Source: Enoplolaimus lenunculus
Taxonomy: Eukaryota
DNA length: 64,000 nt
Assembly (NCBI GenBank): GCA_030248215.1
Contig: JASANG010001402.1
Span: 372,001-436,000, forward strand
Direction of reading: 5' to 3'
Each line of letters opens with the position of its first letter. The first letter of the stretch is position 1. Positions 1 through 13,800 of this stretch are shown in pieces. The notes under the pieces were generated by a model that saw only the letters and a list, made by a program, of their open reading frames with translations, did not search any database and was not told where the DNA came from. The position numbers were made by a program, and so were the translations under genes.

Positions 1-841
1 TCGACCGAGTTGGTCTCTACTAGGGAGCAGTCACGTTTCAATGGTGGCGGTTACATCAAAGACGAACATCAGACGTTAGCCGCCGACAATATATCAGACG
101 CTGAACGAAATAAAGCAAAGCGAACTCGTACATTTTTAATCCGCAACGCGGAAGAAACAACAAAACAAGCGATGAGAAGTCGCATTCCTCATCAAACGTC
201 AAACCAACACCGTCAAATCAACACAAGAAAAGCTGAAGGTAGTCGAATAAGTGAAGGAAGTATGAACTCTCAAAGAAAACTGCAAATAACTGATGATGAT
301 TCGTTTGTTACAATTGTGGCAACGCCGACTAAATTTAGCGACGGTACACAACGACAAAGAGGAACGGCGGCAACTACAAAGGAACGCGGCAATGGACAAG
401 AATACCAAAAACAGGCTAAGCAAATAAAGCAACACCTGTCGAAATCCACGTCACGGAAAATCGATTCTCGGCCGCAAAATACTTTGAAGGCAACCCATCA
501 AATAGACAACAGTAAAATTACAGCAAAACCAATACAAGCTATGAGAACAATTCAAAGCCGAGGCAAAAAGCAGGAAAATTTTGCATCAAACGGCAGTTTT
601 ATACCTCGAAGTGTGCAGAAATCAAAACCAAAGCCGCCACAAAGTTCAGCCCAAAATTCCAAAAACAAACAAGATGCCCGCAGGTCGGCTGGACTCAGTT
701 CATGGGGCTTAAAGACGTCAGATGCGTCTCTTCAGCTGACTACAGACTATCGCCAGATCAGAGAATACATGCCAACGAATTCAATACAACGCGGCGAGAA
801 ATCAGCACCAAGTCGATTGCCAACCCCAACTAGAAATACCG
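1..841 (+). CDS. Internal exon (5'-truncated by the window) of an unknown gene encoding a low-complexity S/T/K/Q/R-rich protein
   Basis: Frame is open from base 1 for 280 codons and ends at a consensus donor ACCG|GTGAGT (841/842, phase 1). No recognisable domain. Confidence 0.55.
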
Positions 842-1517
842 GTGAGTTATAACAGCAAGGACCATTGAATCAATAAATTTTATGGCTCTTGTACACTGCC
901 TCTCCAAAGCTTTATCCTAAGTGTTAGCTTGAGCCCAAAAGCCTAAGCTAGAACGCAATCATAAGCCAAAGGTTTGGCTTCCCCCAAACCAGGAAAACTT
1001 CGCCCATTCACATATTAAGATCTTCCTTAACTGGGTTCTCAGGGGGGCTGCCACCCTTCTTCACCCACAGTAAAAGTTCAGGGGGACTATAAGCAAGATA
1101 GCGAAGATCGACCCTCAACCAATCACAACATTAAGTAGTTTATTTTTGGATCACAAAATTTCTCGCGAATAATACTTTTAGACTGTGTTTTCACTATCGG
1201 CTTCCGTTTCGGTTATTTTTACTATCCGTTTACACCCTGATTAAAAAACTCGTTTATTTTGATATTTAAATATGAAATTTTCTGGAAATTTGAAAAAATT
1301 ATATGCATCGAATTTATATTTTCTCAACACATATACGATTTAGGCAGAGATCATACTAAACTTTTGTTTTACTTCTCCGACAAACTAATAATCCTAAGCC
1401 TAAAATAGCGCATAAATCTCTAGCATAAGTAAGTATCAGTCGAAGTTTTGCTGCGATTTGAAAACAACTTCAAAAACTGAACAAAGTGCAACGTGCAATT
1501 CTTGTAAATTATTTTAG

Positions 1518-2272
1518 CGAAAACCCACAAATCGCCAGTGCAACACAGCGCAGCATATTGCGATACAACAAAAAATACAAATGCTTCTGCAACAACTGCA
1601 GCAACAACCACAACTGAAACAACAACAACAACAGCAACAGAAACAACAACAGCAGCAACAGAAACAAACGCAAACACTTCGATGACCGAATCAGAAAGTT
1701 GTTCAGACACACTATGCACGTCTTCATTTGTATCATTCGACGACAATTGCGAATGCTCGCCTTTCGCCTGTCAACACCTAGCACCACTCCAAAGCGGAGG
1801 CCACGCCCCCAGCCGTAGCTTTTCTTCTACCCATCTCGGCGGTGCTTACCCCCTGTCGTTCGAACGAAGGCCGAAGCCGGAACCAACGCTTTCTGGTAAC
1901 ATTCTGGCTGCCAGTTTTTCCGGTTCCGCGAGTAACACAAAATTCAACAGCGAAAGCCTAAAAGCCGAAACTCTCACCGATATTCAACTTCCAGACCATG
2001 ATGGGTATGATTCAAGCTTAAGCGATAACGATTTTGAAGGCCTGGCACGGTATAGCAATGGAATTGGGACAGTAGCTAAAACTGGATTTGACAACTACCA
2101 AATGCCAGGAACTCACAAACCGTCAGACACGGGCACTCCAAATACTGCCGAATCGAGTTCGTTGGTGCTAACTTGGACGCCACAAGACGCACAAATTGAC
2201 GATAAAAGCACAACACCAAATAAAGAGGCGCAGTTTATTTCGATAGCAAAATGGACTCCAACAAAAACCTAG
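1518..2272 (+). CDS. Probable terminal exon of the same unknown gene (Thr-rich tract followed by an S/D-rich tail)
   Basis: Acceptor ATTTTAG| at 1517 is phase-compatible with the 841 donor and leads into ORF 1538..2272. ACA-rich poly-Thr tract at about 1590-1680; TAG at 2270-2272. Confidence 0.55.
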
Positions 2273-2320
2273 AATATTTGGAGCAAATAAGAAAGATTTG
2301 AAAAGTTAACTGTTAACTCC

Positions 2321-3265
2321 CAGGGTGCAACCGGAGGTGAAAAATGCCAGAGCCGGAGGTCAACAAAACCTGCCGGAGCCGGAGGTCAACAAAACCTGCC
2401 GGAGCCGGAGATGAGTCGAAATCAGGTATATAGTTAAAATGATGTTTAATTTGTTCATTTTTAGCAAATATCTGTATTAATGTGTTGTTAAATCGTTTGG
2501 TTTTACGCTTATTTTTTTACGAAATCTCAGAAATGTGCCAGAAGTTCAAACGAAACGCGCCAAACTGACCAATTTTGATAAACCATGCAAAATTTCACTG
2601 CCGAAATTTCGCAACCTTTGGCAAAAATTTTACCCAAACCAAGTAGATCTTTTGCCGGAATCAAAAGGCAGACCACCGTCTGTACCGTGTTAACACCATA
2701 ATTTTTCCAAGTACGTAAATCACGTTGACTGCAACGCTTTGGCCCTTAATTTGGAGCCTAACAGTAGGTATAGTATAAACATATTCCTAAGTGTAAGCCT
2801 CAGCACAAGAATAAGTCAATTAATTAAGCCTAAGCAAAAAATTCATCATAAGTTTACTCTACTCAGGTCTCGAGCAAAATCGAACTGGCCTCATCGATGC
2901 CTGGGCGAACGTTTTGTCGTAGCAACCAGGGTACAACCGGAGGTTTACCTCCGACTCTGACTTCGGCCGAAAATCAGTATTTTTTGCATAATTTTGCAAA
3001 ATTTATTTATTTAATAGCACATTCGTTTTACGTGTGTCACAATTTTCAGAAAGGAATTGGGGAAATTTCGCAGAAAATTAGCGTAAAATCAAACACCATA
3101 ACAACATATTGCAGGTATTGGCTAAAAGTAACCAATTATTAACCATCATTTTTTACTAAATAATTTCGCCTTATCTCCGGCTCCGGCAAGTTCCGTTGTC
3201 CTCCGGCTTCCGCAAGTTTCGTTGACCTCTGGCTCCGGCATTTTCCACCTCCGGTTGCACCATGG
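2321..3265. mobile_element. Foldback/hAT-like non-autonomous element(s) with CAGGGTGCAACCGGAGGT termini
   Basis: 2321-2410 and 3175-3265 are long imperfect inverted repeats with internal GCCGGAG units. Related termini at about 2927, 14938, 20264, 30266 and 43500-43780. Confidence 0.6.
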
Positions 3266-3632
3266 TAGCCACATATCAAAAATATGGCCCCTTTTTACTA
3301 GCATTTTGAATGGTCACGAAAATGGCTACATGAGTATTTTGAAGCATGCGACTGAAGCATGGCTCTACTACACAGCCTATTTTAAAAAAACGTTTAATAT
3401 ATTGATTCAGCACTTTAACAAGCGCTCCTGCGTGTTTCAATATTTGTTACCATATCAATTTTATAGTGTTTCTCGGAATACAAAAGCCCCGTTAAAGACG
3501 CTTGAACCGTAAATATCCTTTCAAATAGTTTGTTTTTGACTCAGTACCTTGATTCAAGTCGTATTAGTTTCCACTTTAACCAGACTACACAGGTTTGTAA
3601 AAAATTTTTTAAAATGAATTCGGTTCATATGA

Positions 3633-3808
3633 GGCCAAGTTACTTTAAGGGGCGACCAGATTTCTAGTGGGTCTATAAAAGACTAGGTTTGATTCGTTTA
3701 TATTTTTTGCTTAGCCTAAGCTTATAGGTTTAGGCTTAGGAACTCATTTTTCCAACGCTTAGGCTTAGGAATACGCTCAATCTAACGTCCCTTAAAGTAA
3801 CACTGGCC
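3633..3808. mobile_element. Merlin-like MITE containing TTAGGC repeats
   Basis: TIR GGCCAAGTTACTTTAAGGG...CCCTTAAAGTAACACTGGCC; 8-bp flanks TCATATGA/TCATATGG; degenerate TTAGGC core. Confidence 0.65.
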
Positions 3809-4841
3809 TCATATGGCATCACGATGATGTCCTGACAGCGCCTTTGGCCATAATTTTTTCAATAAACTTGTTTTAATGTTTGTAATTAAGAAAAACTGGT
3901 GTTCAAAACTAAAACACAATCAAATTTACTATTAAAACATTCCATATTGTTATAATTTTGCAAAACATCTGCTAAGCGCGTTTCGATTTACTTTTGTCAC
4001 AATTTTCAGGAAACAATTTCCCAAATTTCGCAGAAAATTACGGTAAAACCCAACAACTTATCAACATATTGCAGATATTGACTAAAATTTCACACCTCCG
4101 GCCCCAGATCCGTCTGTCCGGGAAAATGGACGGCCTTTAGGGTAACATTGGCCTACATGGCCATCCTTAGTATAACCTTGCATTATCGCTCAAGTTTTTG
4201 ATACAAGACATATAAACGTTTACTTCGATACTTACAATACCGGATATATTATCAGTAACGAACGGCGGCGGAGGGCAATTTTAAAATAAATAACAGTAAT
4301 TACGTAACCGAATAACACGGGGATACCCTCTCGAGAGCCCAAATAAATCGCAGTCCCCCCTCTTATTGGGGTCACTACAGTACAACAGCTATCAATTTTT
4401 AGAGGACATCTTTCAGAGAAACCAATCTCTGAAAATTTTTCCATGGTTATCTGCGCATGAAACCACCGAAGCCAAATCGAACCGTTAAAAAGATACGATT
4501 TCCATTCACCCCACAGTTTATCCAGATTTCTTCTTGAATGCCCTTAGCTGTCCTGGAACTCCCCCATTTATACACTGACACATATCATTACCTCTTGAAA
4601 TAATGTACGCCAAAAGCTGACGTCCGTCTAGAATTTCCCATCCCAACCAGAACACATACGTAGGGGTTCTTTTAACTTCAATCACATAGTCTATTCTATC
4701 AAAACCACTTTATTGTTACCTCGTGATTTGGTGGACACCTAAAACTCCCAAGATGCCAAAAATCCAAGCTCTGTCCATAATAACCCGAACTCAAATAAAT
4801 TCCTTTCCTAAACCTTAACTTTATCCTGCTGGATGCTTGCG

Positions 4842-7800
4842 TCAGTCATACCCTGACAACGCAACTACATCATCGTCATCATCAATAGTCATCACGGTTA
4901 CTTTATCATTACCACCTGCCCCTCTGTTCCCATCGCTATGATCGGACCCAATTCCACCATGGGGTTCGCCACCAGCCAATCCTATGTCTGAGTCCGAATC
5001 ACTCGAAGACGAAGAAACCGCTAGTTCATTGATTAGACCAGCCCCAAAACTTCCGTCTTTCTCCGGAGACGATTGTTCTACAGCCTCCGCGCCCCAACTT
5101 TGCTTTTCCTCTTCGGATGAGCCAAGCAGCGACGTCTCGTGTGATACTTTGTGCTAAACGCAAAATCCAAAAGTTTAAAGCACAGATGTTTTCGTAAATA
5201 ATCTGACATCATTTGAGCAAGTGTTAACTATAAGGGCCTGCCAGATTTGTAGCTCTTGGCTTGTGCCCTTTCTGATTTTTGCCCAAGGGTTTCAGAGAAT
5301 TTTTAGATTTTATACGTAACTTTTGAGACCCCCTGTCTAAATTTTTTAGAGACACTAAGTCTACTTCCCAAAATCATGGACACACTCTTGAAAGTAACAT
5401 CGAAAACTTACCGGTTTAGCTTTTCGTGGCCTTTTCTGGGCGGGTTCTGAAGATGACGTGGCTGTTTGTCCGGTTGTCCCACTTTCAGCACCGCCGACAC
5501 TGACACGAGTGCGTTTTAACGGTGTTTGAAACGAACTCGAATCGCTACCTCGTGTACTGTCATCTGAAACAACAAAACAATATTGCTATGGTATACAAAA
5601 TCCACAAAACCGCTGATCACAGCAACAATATCATATTAATTGATTACACGCCTATCAGTCCTGTAGCCTGCTTAACATGATAGAGATTGTCAAAATCTTT
5701 CTGGAGAGGCTAGTTGAGATTTACCATGGCGTAGAAGTAAGGTTTAACTTTCAGAGGGGCCGAACCTATCATTTAAAAACAGAAAAGAAACTAAATACCT
5801 ACGTGCATAATTAAGCATAATATTTGAAACCTCATCCACAAAACAAATATACTAAAATCGTCAAACATGACATTTCGCTTACCTTGCACAATATCTGTAC
5901 TCTGATCCGCTGCATCATTATCGCGCTTTCTTTCCTGAATATTCTTCTCCAGATTTTGCAACTGTTCTCGATTCTAAAAAAATCAATAAAATTACTACTA
6001 ACATTCAAACCATCACCTTAGGTATACCACTTTAATGAAGCTAAAACGCCCACAGTGCATAATTCTTACGCACAAGTCAGCAAGTTATAACTTAAGTAAA
6101 TGTATGTAGTGATGAACAAACATAAACAATATGCTAACCGAAAACAACAATTAAAACTAGTATAATTACTTAAAATAGATAGTATCAATGCACAAGAAGC
6201 AAAACCTGCTACAGCATGAACATTTCTATCTAACTATCTTAAATTTACTGCTCCACAAAACTGAAAACCACAAGTCCTACTGACTCACAAAAGTTCATGA
6301 ACACGTACCTCTTCAATCAACTTTTGCGCCGTGTCCCAAATCTCTTTCGCTTTGGCAGTATAGCTTGATTTATCAGCGCTTCCGTTAAACAGCTCCGAAT
6401 TTCGAAAAATCAGTTCGACATCGTACAAAAACTCCGCAATACTCGTATAAGATTCATTTCGAGATCGAATTTTCGCTTGCATTGTTCCCAAATCCATTGG
6501 TTCTTTGATTTTATCCTGGTACGTTTTGAACTGAAACATAACATAAAAACAATAACTGCCGATTGAAGCAATAACATTTCTAGAAAAGGAACGATCATTT
6601 TGTGCACTGGTTAAAAGTCAGCTGGAACAATGCCCAAATTAGGTATCAGGGATGTTATATACAGCTTTATAAAAATAGATGCAGCATGTTTTAAGCAATT
6701 ATGTCGCAAAATTAACCAAACAAAATGTTGCAGTACATGCAACACGAATATTTTTAAGGGAAACCGAAAATTATTTGCATACGTTACTATTTATAACTTA
6801 AACATAACAATGCGCTGGCGCATTCTGTAGGTATCCATGCACTGGATATACCGTACATAGTCTCTAACAAATTATACATAAAGGATACTGTGCAACCAAT
6901 TTTACGCTTAAGAATGAAACTGAGAGTATACCCTATACCTGGGAATTCGCTACTGGGGGCCAACATTCGGCCAACCCCACAACTCACGTCCCTTCTGTGT
7001 GAACCAATGGAAATTTAAAACATGCAAGCTTTATTACAGCAGATGTGTCTACTGCGCCCCAAATTTGCCTTGTCCAATAGCTCACTAGAACAGCAATGTG
7101 AGCAAGCGGAAAAGCAACAAGTTCACAGCAAAAATTAAAAAGGATGTCACAAAATCCAGCTACAACTCACTTCGGCCCTCTTTCGGCGCTGCTTACCCTC
7201 TTTTTATCTACCGGTGTATGAAACGCAAACGATTTGTTAATATTCTTCAACTGATCCACAATTCCAACAAATATGTGTGCAAACGCTTTCTCATCATCAT
7301 CTGAAAATGTAAAAATTTAAATAAAAAAACTTTTCATAAAACAAGTTTGTTGTTTCTGTTAGGAAAACCATATTTACCGCATTCAGTTTCTAGCTTATTT
7401 CCTGAAGGTAATCCGCCGTTTTAAATAATACACTGTGTCAGACTTTTACAAATTTTCCAGCGCATTTAGCTTTCAAATATACAATAATTCCTATATAAAT
7501 ATGCTTGAATACAGAAGGAAACCCATCCGACGATATCACAGGCAATGCAAAACGTTAAGCAAAATAATGATAGCATGTACAAAACTCAACAAAATATGGC
7601 TAAATTCCATACTGCACAAGCCAAAGACAAAACACAAACTCGGGGCAAAAAACTTACCAACTTGTAAAAATTTCAGCTCTAAACTCGCAGCTACGTCCAG
7701 ATATTAATTTCCCACAGTCTCCAATTGAATACGCTTTTCCTAGTCACACTCCAAGCTCCAGCATGCACCATTTTTCCACATTAAAAACCTATGGTTCTCA

Positions 7801-10800
7801 CCCCCGAATCCAGCAACTTCAATGCTCAACTTACCAAGCAACGGATTAATCGCCTTTTCAAGTCGCATGAGTTGATTTTCATTCGCTTCAATTTGTTTTG
7901 CGATATAACTGAACAGCCGTCGAGCACTTTCAGTCATTGGATTATTTTCGCCATTAAACTTTGCTGAATTACCAACAATTAAATTCGCATCCTAAAAGTT
8001 ATAAAACCGTAGTTAATGATTAATAGAAAAATAAATATAACGGTAGCGCTGCACTTGTTGTACGTCGATAGTTTGGCGCCGGAAGACCTTTTAACGGAGC
8101 ATAGCGCCACCCACAGTCGTCGTATAAATTTGCACAACGCCCAGTGATGCAAAGCTAGTTCTGCTGCCTTGAGTGGAGGCACAAAAATCTGTATGTATGT
8201 TTTCTTTTCATAGAACACGCACATTTATCCGCAACGTTGACAAATTATTTAAACCCAAAAACCCGATCTAACTAACCTTCAAAAACGCTTCGCGGGTCAA
8301 ATACGTCTGTTTGACGACATTCTCTCGCAGGGTTTGCAAATCCATTGGTTGTGAGATGATATCGTGATACGAGGGTGCGTCTTTGCGGTTGACCGGATAC
8401 AAAAACGGTGTCACATCCGCTGGGCCGAGTTCATCTTTGAGTTGAGCAATAATTGACTCAAAAATTGTCGCCATTGATACTTTGGGATCTGCTCGTGCCC
8501 GCATATGGGTGTGTGGTAGTAGAGACACTGGAAGTTGGGGTCGTTTTAAATAGTCCATACCAGCTGGAGCAGCAGGCGAGGCTGATGTGGCTGAGTTAGG
8601 TCCCGTCGGCGTTCCTGCTGATGCAGCTGATATAGCCGCTGTGTGAAACGGCGTAGCTGGCTTGCGCCGACCAAACGGCCGTCTGCCAGCGGCGGTTCCA
8701 CGATGAGTGCGGCCTAGATTTGAGGTACGGCCTCGCGTGCGCAAAGCGGCAGATCCAGGCGCGGTGCGGCCACGTATGGCAGGACTCCCGGCAGATGGTA
8801 AAGAAAGTTGATGCGCGAAATTTGCGCTACCAGGACGGCGTCGTTTAAATTTCATTTTCAAGCTCATCCTACCAGAAGTCGACGCCGTTGAATGAGTTGG
8901 GCTTGAAAATATCCGAGGGGTGCTAGCGCTACTGTTGGCACTGTTACTACTCGGTGATTTCATATCAGGGGTGGCAACCGACTGTGGCACTACACTAGAC
9001 GGATTCAACGGTACAGCTGGTACATTATCCGCTAACTCACCAGTATTGCCTAAACTAGGAAGAACACTGCCATCGGAAACAATACCAGGACACCCAGTCT
9101 GATCCGTTAAAGTTTGTCCTGTAATTAGAACAGTTTCAGATTTCGCAGGGGCAATCGAACCAGCTCCGTACGCTCCTATTCCCATCGCGGACACTCGAAT
9201 GTTATCAGCCAATCCTGGTACCATTGAAACGAAACCAGTTGTCCCAGCCGTGCCGTACGGAGGCCTGCCAGCGTTATTCCAGCTCGTTGCTATGATTTGC
9301 GGCGACGGCAAAGCCGCAGATGCAGGCAACATAGACCCTGGCATTGCAGGCACCATCGCTCCACCGGTGGCGCCGGCAAATCCAGTCACTGGCACCCCAG
9401 CAGCGGCCATACTGGCGATCTTGCGAGGCGCTCGTGGCATACGAACACGAGCACCCCGTGGTCGCCGCGTAGGAGGTCTACCGACCCGGTTACCCCCACC
9501 ACGACCAACGCCCCTCAGGTTGCTACTAATCAACGCTGCGGTGGCTGCGATATTGGACGTATCGATACCAGCAGCTGTAAGTGTTGCTAATGCTGCTGCA
9601 GTTGCGCTGGCGTCGCCAGATTGGCCGCTAGCAGCATTCAGCAACGCTAACAGCTGCTGGCGTTGGGCGACCGACGCTGTAGTGGTTGCTATTGGTGCGG
9701 TGACAATTTGCTGGCCTGTGGTTGCCGTCGCCGACAGCTGCGACGTGACAGCGCCATCACCGTCAACTGTATCTGGTAGCGACTGCGGAGCCGTTAAGGG
9801 CAAAACACCGCCGGCGCCAGCCGTAGCATTTGCCGACTGATTTCCACTCGCAGCTGAAGCCTCTTTCGCCGCTGCCGCGGCCTGCTGGACTGCGGTTTTC
9901 GGGAACTTCAGCACTAACGCGTCGCGAGCTACTCGTTGCGCGTGTCGAACAATTTCTTTTGTAAACTTAATTTTCGTACCTTCGACACTGATCAGGCGGC
10001 GGCGGCCACTGCCGTCTGCGGGCAGCTCTTCGCGAAGGCGCCGCTGCAGCTCGGCGTCCAACTGTTCGTCCGTTTTGGCGACACCACTAGAGGTCCCGCT
10101 GCCGGCGCCGCCTGGAAACGTGATAAAGTACTGTGGGCATTCGCGATTGGTCCTCATATGCCCTTGTTGACCGCACGCGGAACATTTCATTCGATACGCC
10201 GGTTTCAATTTCGGCTTACGACCAGCAGTGGAAGCCACCGCGTTCGGTCCTTGTCCATGCGGCGGCGGCCGACGAACTGGCTTCTTCCGAGGTCGACCTA
10301 TCGTCGGCGGGACGCCTGTGCCACCGGCAGGCCTGCCACGACGGGCTGCCGCCTTCTGGCCCTCATCGTGTTCACCACCCTCTCTTCTGCCGCCCACCCG
10401 CTCTTCGTTCTTCTTAATCCGTCTGAGCCGATCTTGAATTCTACGTTTTTCTCGTTGCTTTTCCGCTTTGTACTCAGCTGAGCTTGTGACAAAATGTCGT
10501 ATAAACGCATCGTCTTTAGCCGTTCGAACCCTCACATATGCGTCAATAACTTCTTGCTTGCTTACAATTTCTTCTGCCACTCTTTCCACTATGCCAACTC
10601 CAGTGCTGCTACTATCACGAAAAGTTCTAAATATCCTCAGTTTTCGATACTTACTACTCGGTGGGATGTTTGATGGTAACCCATTGCTCCCTTGAGTTAG
10701 CGATCCGCTTGGTCCAGGTCCACCGCCCAATTTTGATGCTGCATCGCTTGAAGCAGCTGTCACTGCTGTGGGCTTCCCGTGAATAAGCTCGTGTAATTCG

Positions 10801-13800
10801 CGTCTATCTTGTTCTTCTGGATCAAGAGTGGACTAAAAATTAACGGATAGAGCATTACCGACAGAACAGTATTGCAACACAAACAACATTTCTTGTACCC
10901 TATCCCGCTTAGCGATGGTAAGACGGCTTAAAATCACGCCTTTTGTCTAATGTTTATAAGAATATTGGATCTCGCTGCTTTGAGTGCAAGCAGCATACCA
11001 CGGTGGCATGGAACGCAAGATTTACCCAATTCCAAATCCGAACCCATTGCGATTTTGAAAAATCCATTACAGAATCCGAACCTTGACTTTGAAAAATCAT
11101 TCCATTTAGATAAAAGTAATGCATGCAATTGAAACTGAAGCCGTTTGACAAGTCGGCTTAGCGAATCTCATCTTATTCTGACAATACATGCATGTAAATT
11201 AAAATATCTACAGCAGAATTCAGTCAAACATGGATTGAACCCAAGCACTAAGTTTTTCAAAAATAGCACATTCTGTTAAAACTCTATTTAAAAACACAAT
11301 CATGTGATTCGGTACCTTGCTAGATTAAGTTGTTCTAAAACAGAATCCGAACCCGATTACGAACAATTAATATTTGCCGAATCTGAGACCAAACCTCATC
11401 TTAAAGAACAACAGTTATGATCTAAGCAATCACTGAAGAGACTGAATAATACCATATCAATGAAGTTCTAAATGTAACTGACAAGTTCATTTTCACCTCA
11501 ACAGACACTGCGGCACCAGCGTTATTTTTCTTCTCAGCATCATCGGTTGATTTTTGCTTCTTCAAACTCAACATCGATTCAATATTTTTACCCATTTCAT
11601 CCAAATCCGAGTCTTCGTCTCCAGTCGATTCGTCATCGGTGCTTAACGGTTCAGTGCACGACAACACTCTGAAGTATAAATTACATAGACATTAAATAGG
11701 CGAATAGTTGTTCGGGACACAATATATAGGCTATGTTTTCGCTTTCAGCGTTTAGTGCTCATATTCTCAAATGTATAGCTCCCATCCCCTGTTGGCGGTA
11801 ATACCTGCTATTCAAAATAATTCGAAATAGCAAAAGTATGGGTAATTTAACAATCGTTGGGCTGTAACCGTCTACTCTAAAATGCTGTTTCAGTTTCTAT
11901 TCCAAAAATCAATAACATCTAACGAAATACAGTATCGGATAAAATTAAGCGCAATCGCAATTGGGTTCCATTTTTTCGTTTTGAAACGCAATCGCTTGCA
12001 AACCGCAAGCAACAGACTTGCGAACATAGCAAAACCAAAGCACGATTATATAGGAACCCAAATGCAACAAGTCCACTCCCAATTTACCGAGCACTATTTC
12101 TGTTTGTGACAGTTGCAAAAACAACTAAATTATGTACTTGTTTTGGATTTCAAATATCCGCTGACAGTCTTTCTTAAATCGCTGATGGACCTCAGCCGAA
12201 CTAAACCTCGCACTTCCACGTGCAAACTTCGTAATTCCTAAAATATGCAAATATGAATAATTAACTTATCACAATTTGAGTAATTTTTCGGATTATGAAA
12301 CAAAAATTTGGAAGTTAAACTATACAACTTTCTTGTTTTAATGCTACAACAGCCATTACTAAGCAACCAGCAAGCAAAAATTAGCTTAGCTTCAATTCAT
12401 GCATAATTCTAGTAATTATAAAATGCCAAGCACTCGGATGAGACAAGTAAATGACAGGGATCGACCGGATATCCCGCACCGGTTTAATATGCGGCAAAAT
12501 CCGACATCCGCACCCGGTTCCGATACATATTTTTGCACGACTCAAATATTTCCAACATTGTACAAATTTAGATCCTATATCCGGTTAACATCGTGCTCCG
12601 GTTTCGGTCCAAAATTCACTATCTGGCTCCGGTTCCGGTAAAATTCATATCTGGTCGAGCTATGGTAAATGACACAACTAGCTATACGGCATGGATGACT
12701 TGTATATTTTATTTTTGCCTTTTCTTGTGGTTATTCATTGTATCATTCCTTTAAGAGGCTTCATATCATTTATGTTTTGCTCCTTCTGTTAACAATTCTA
12801 GCTTGTTGGAAAGTAAACTGCTTACCTGTACCGCCGGATTTCGCTTGCTGCGTCGACAGCGTCCGAATTACGTCGATAATTTCCCATCGTGATAGTTGTT
12901 TAATCTGAAACCAAAATAAAAAATTTCAATGCAGAACGAACGTTTTTTTTATGTTTCAAAGTAATCAATTGCTTTGGCAAGAAGGTAAAACAAAAATGCA
13001 GCAGACAAATTAATAATTTAACAGAAAAAATGTTTAAATCAGAAAATGGTACCATTCCAGTAGTCGAGTTGTAAAATTAACTAAAAAAGTTTGAACATCT
13101 AACTTACATCCTCATCCGCAATATCAAATTTGTTTTTCAACAGCGCCTTTGCATCCTTTAGTGACAGCTTTCGTAAATCCGCATCAGTTCCCGTTACACT
13201 CCGTTTCATTTGCTGCTTGAAACGTTCTGCTTGCTCTGGATCTTGCTGAACCTTAAACATTCATTCAAACACACCTCAATACAGCTGCTCTAATAACAAT
13301 ATTTTGTGTTTACTCCATCTATGTACGTATTTAATAATTTTTCACCGATTTGTTCATTTAAAACAAAGCACGGCGCTAAAAGTCTTGTAAATTTTGTTTA
13401 TCTTATTTATATTTTTCGTTTTATTAACAATGGTGCATTCTTCAACCTTCGTTGAAATGGCAGCTATTTTCCAGGTTTGAAACGAGAACCAAAATCTTCC
13501 TCAAGCACGAACAAGAACAGAGATTGAACTCATTACCATTACCACAATATATACACAACCCGAAATTTTAAAGAATCGTTACTACTATCCACGTCCACAA
13601 AAAATAAAATGCCAAAAACGGCATAACAGCAAAAGATCAGTGTTTGCCAAAAATTCCTTCCAGAATAGTTATTATTAAGTAGAACCATTATCACGGTCCC
13701 CGTGCAAATCGTTCAAAAACGAACCAACGCCCTAAAAGTTTTCTCTAACATGCAGAAAGCTTGCAGTTTCCACATTAAATCCAGATCCCGAACAGCCTAA

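Noticed and set aside
8920..10695. Several plus-strand ORFs (e.g. 9199..9840, 9936..10481)
   Set aside because: Antisense shadows of the GC-rich TAF1 giant exon.
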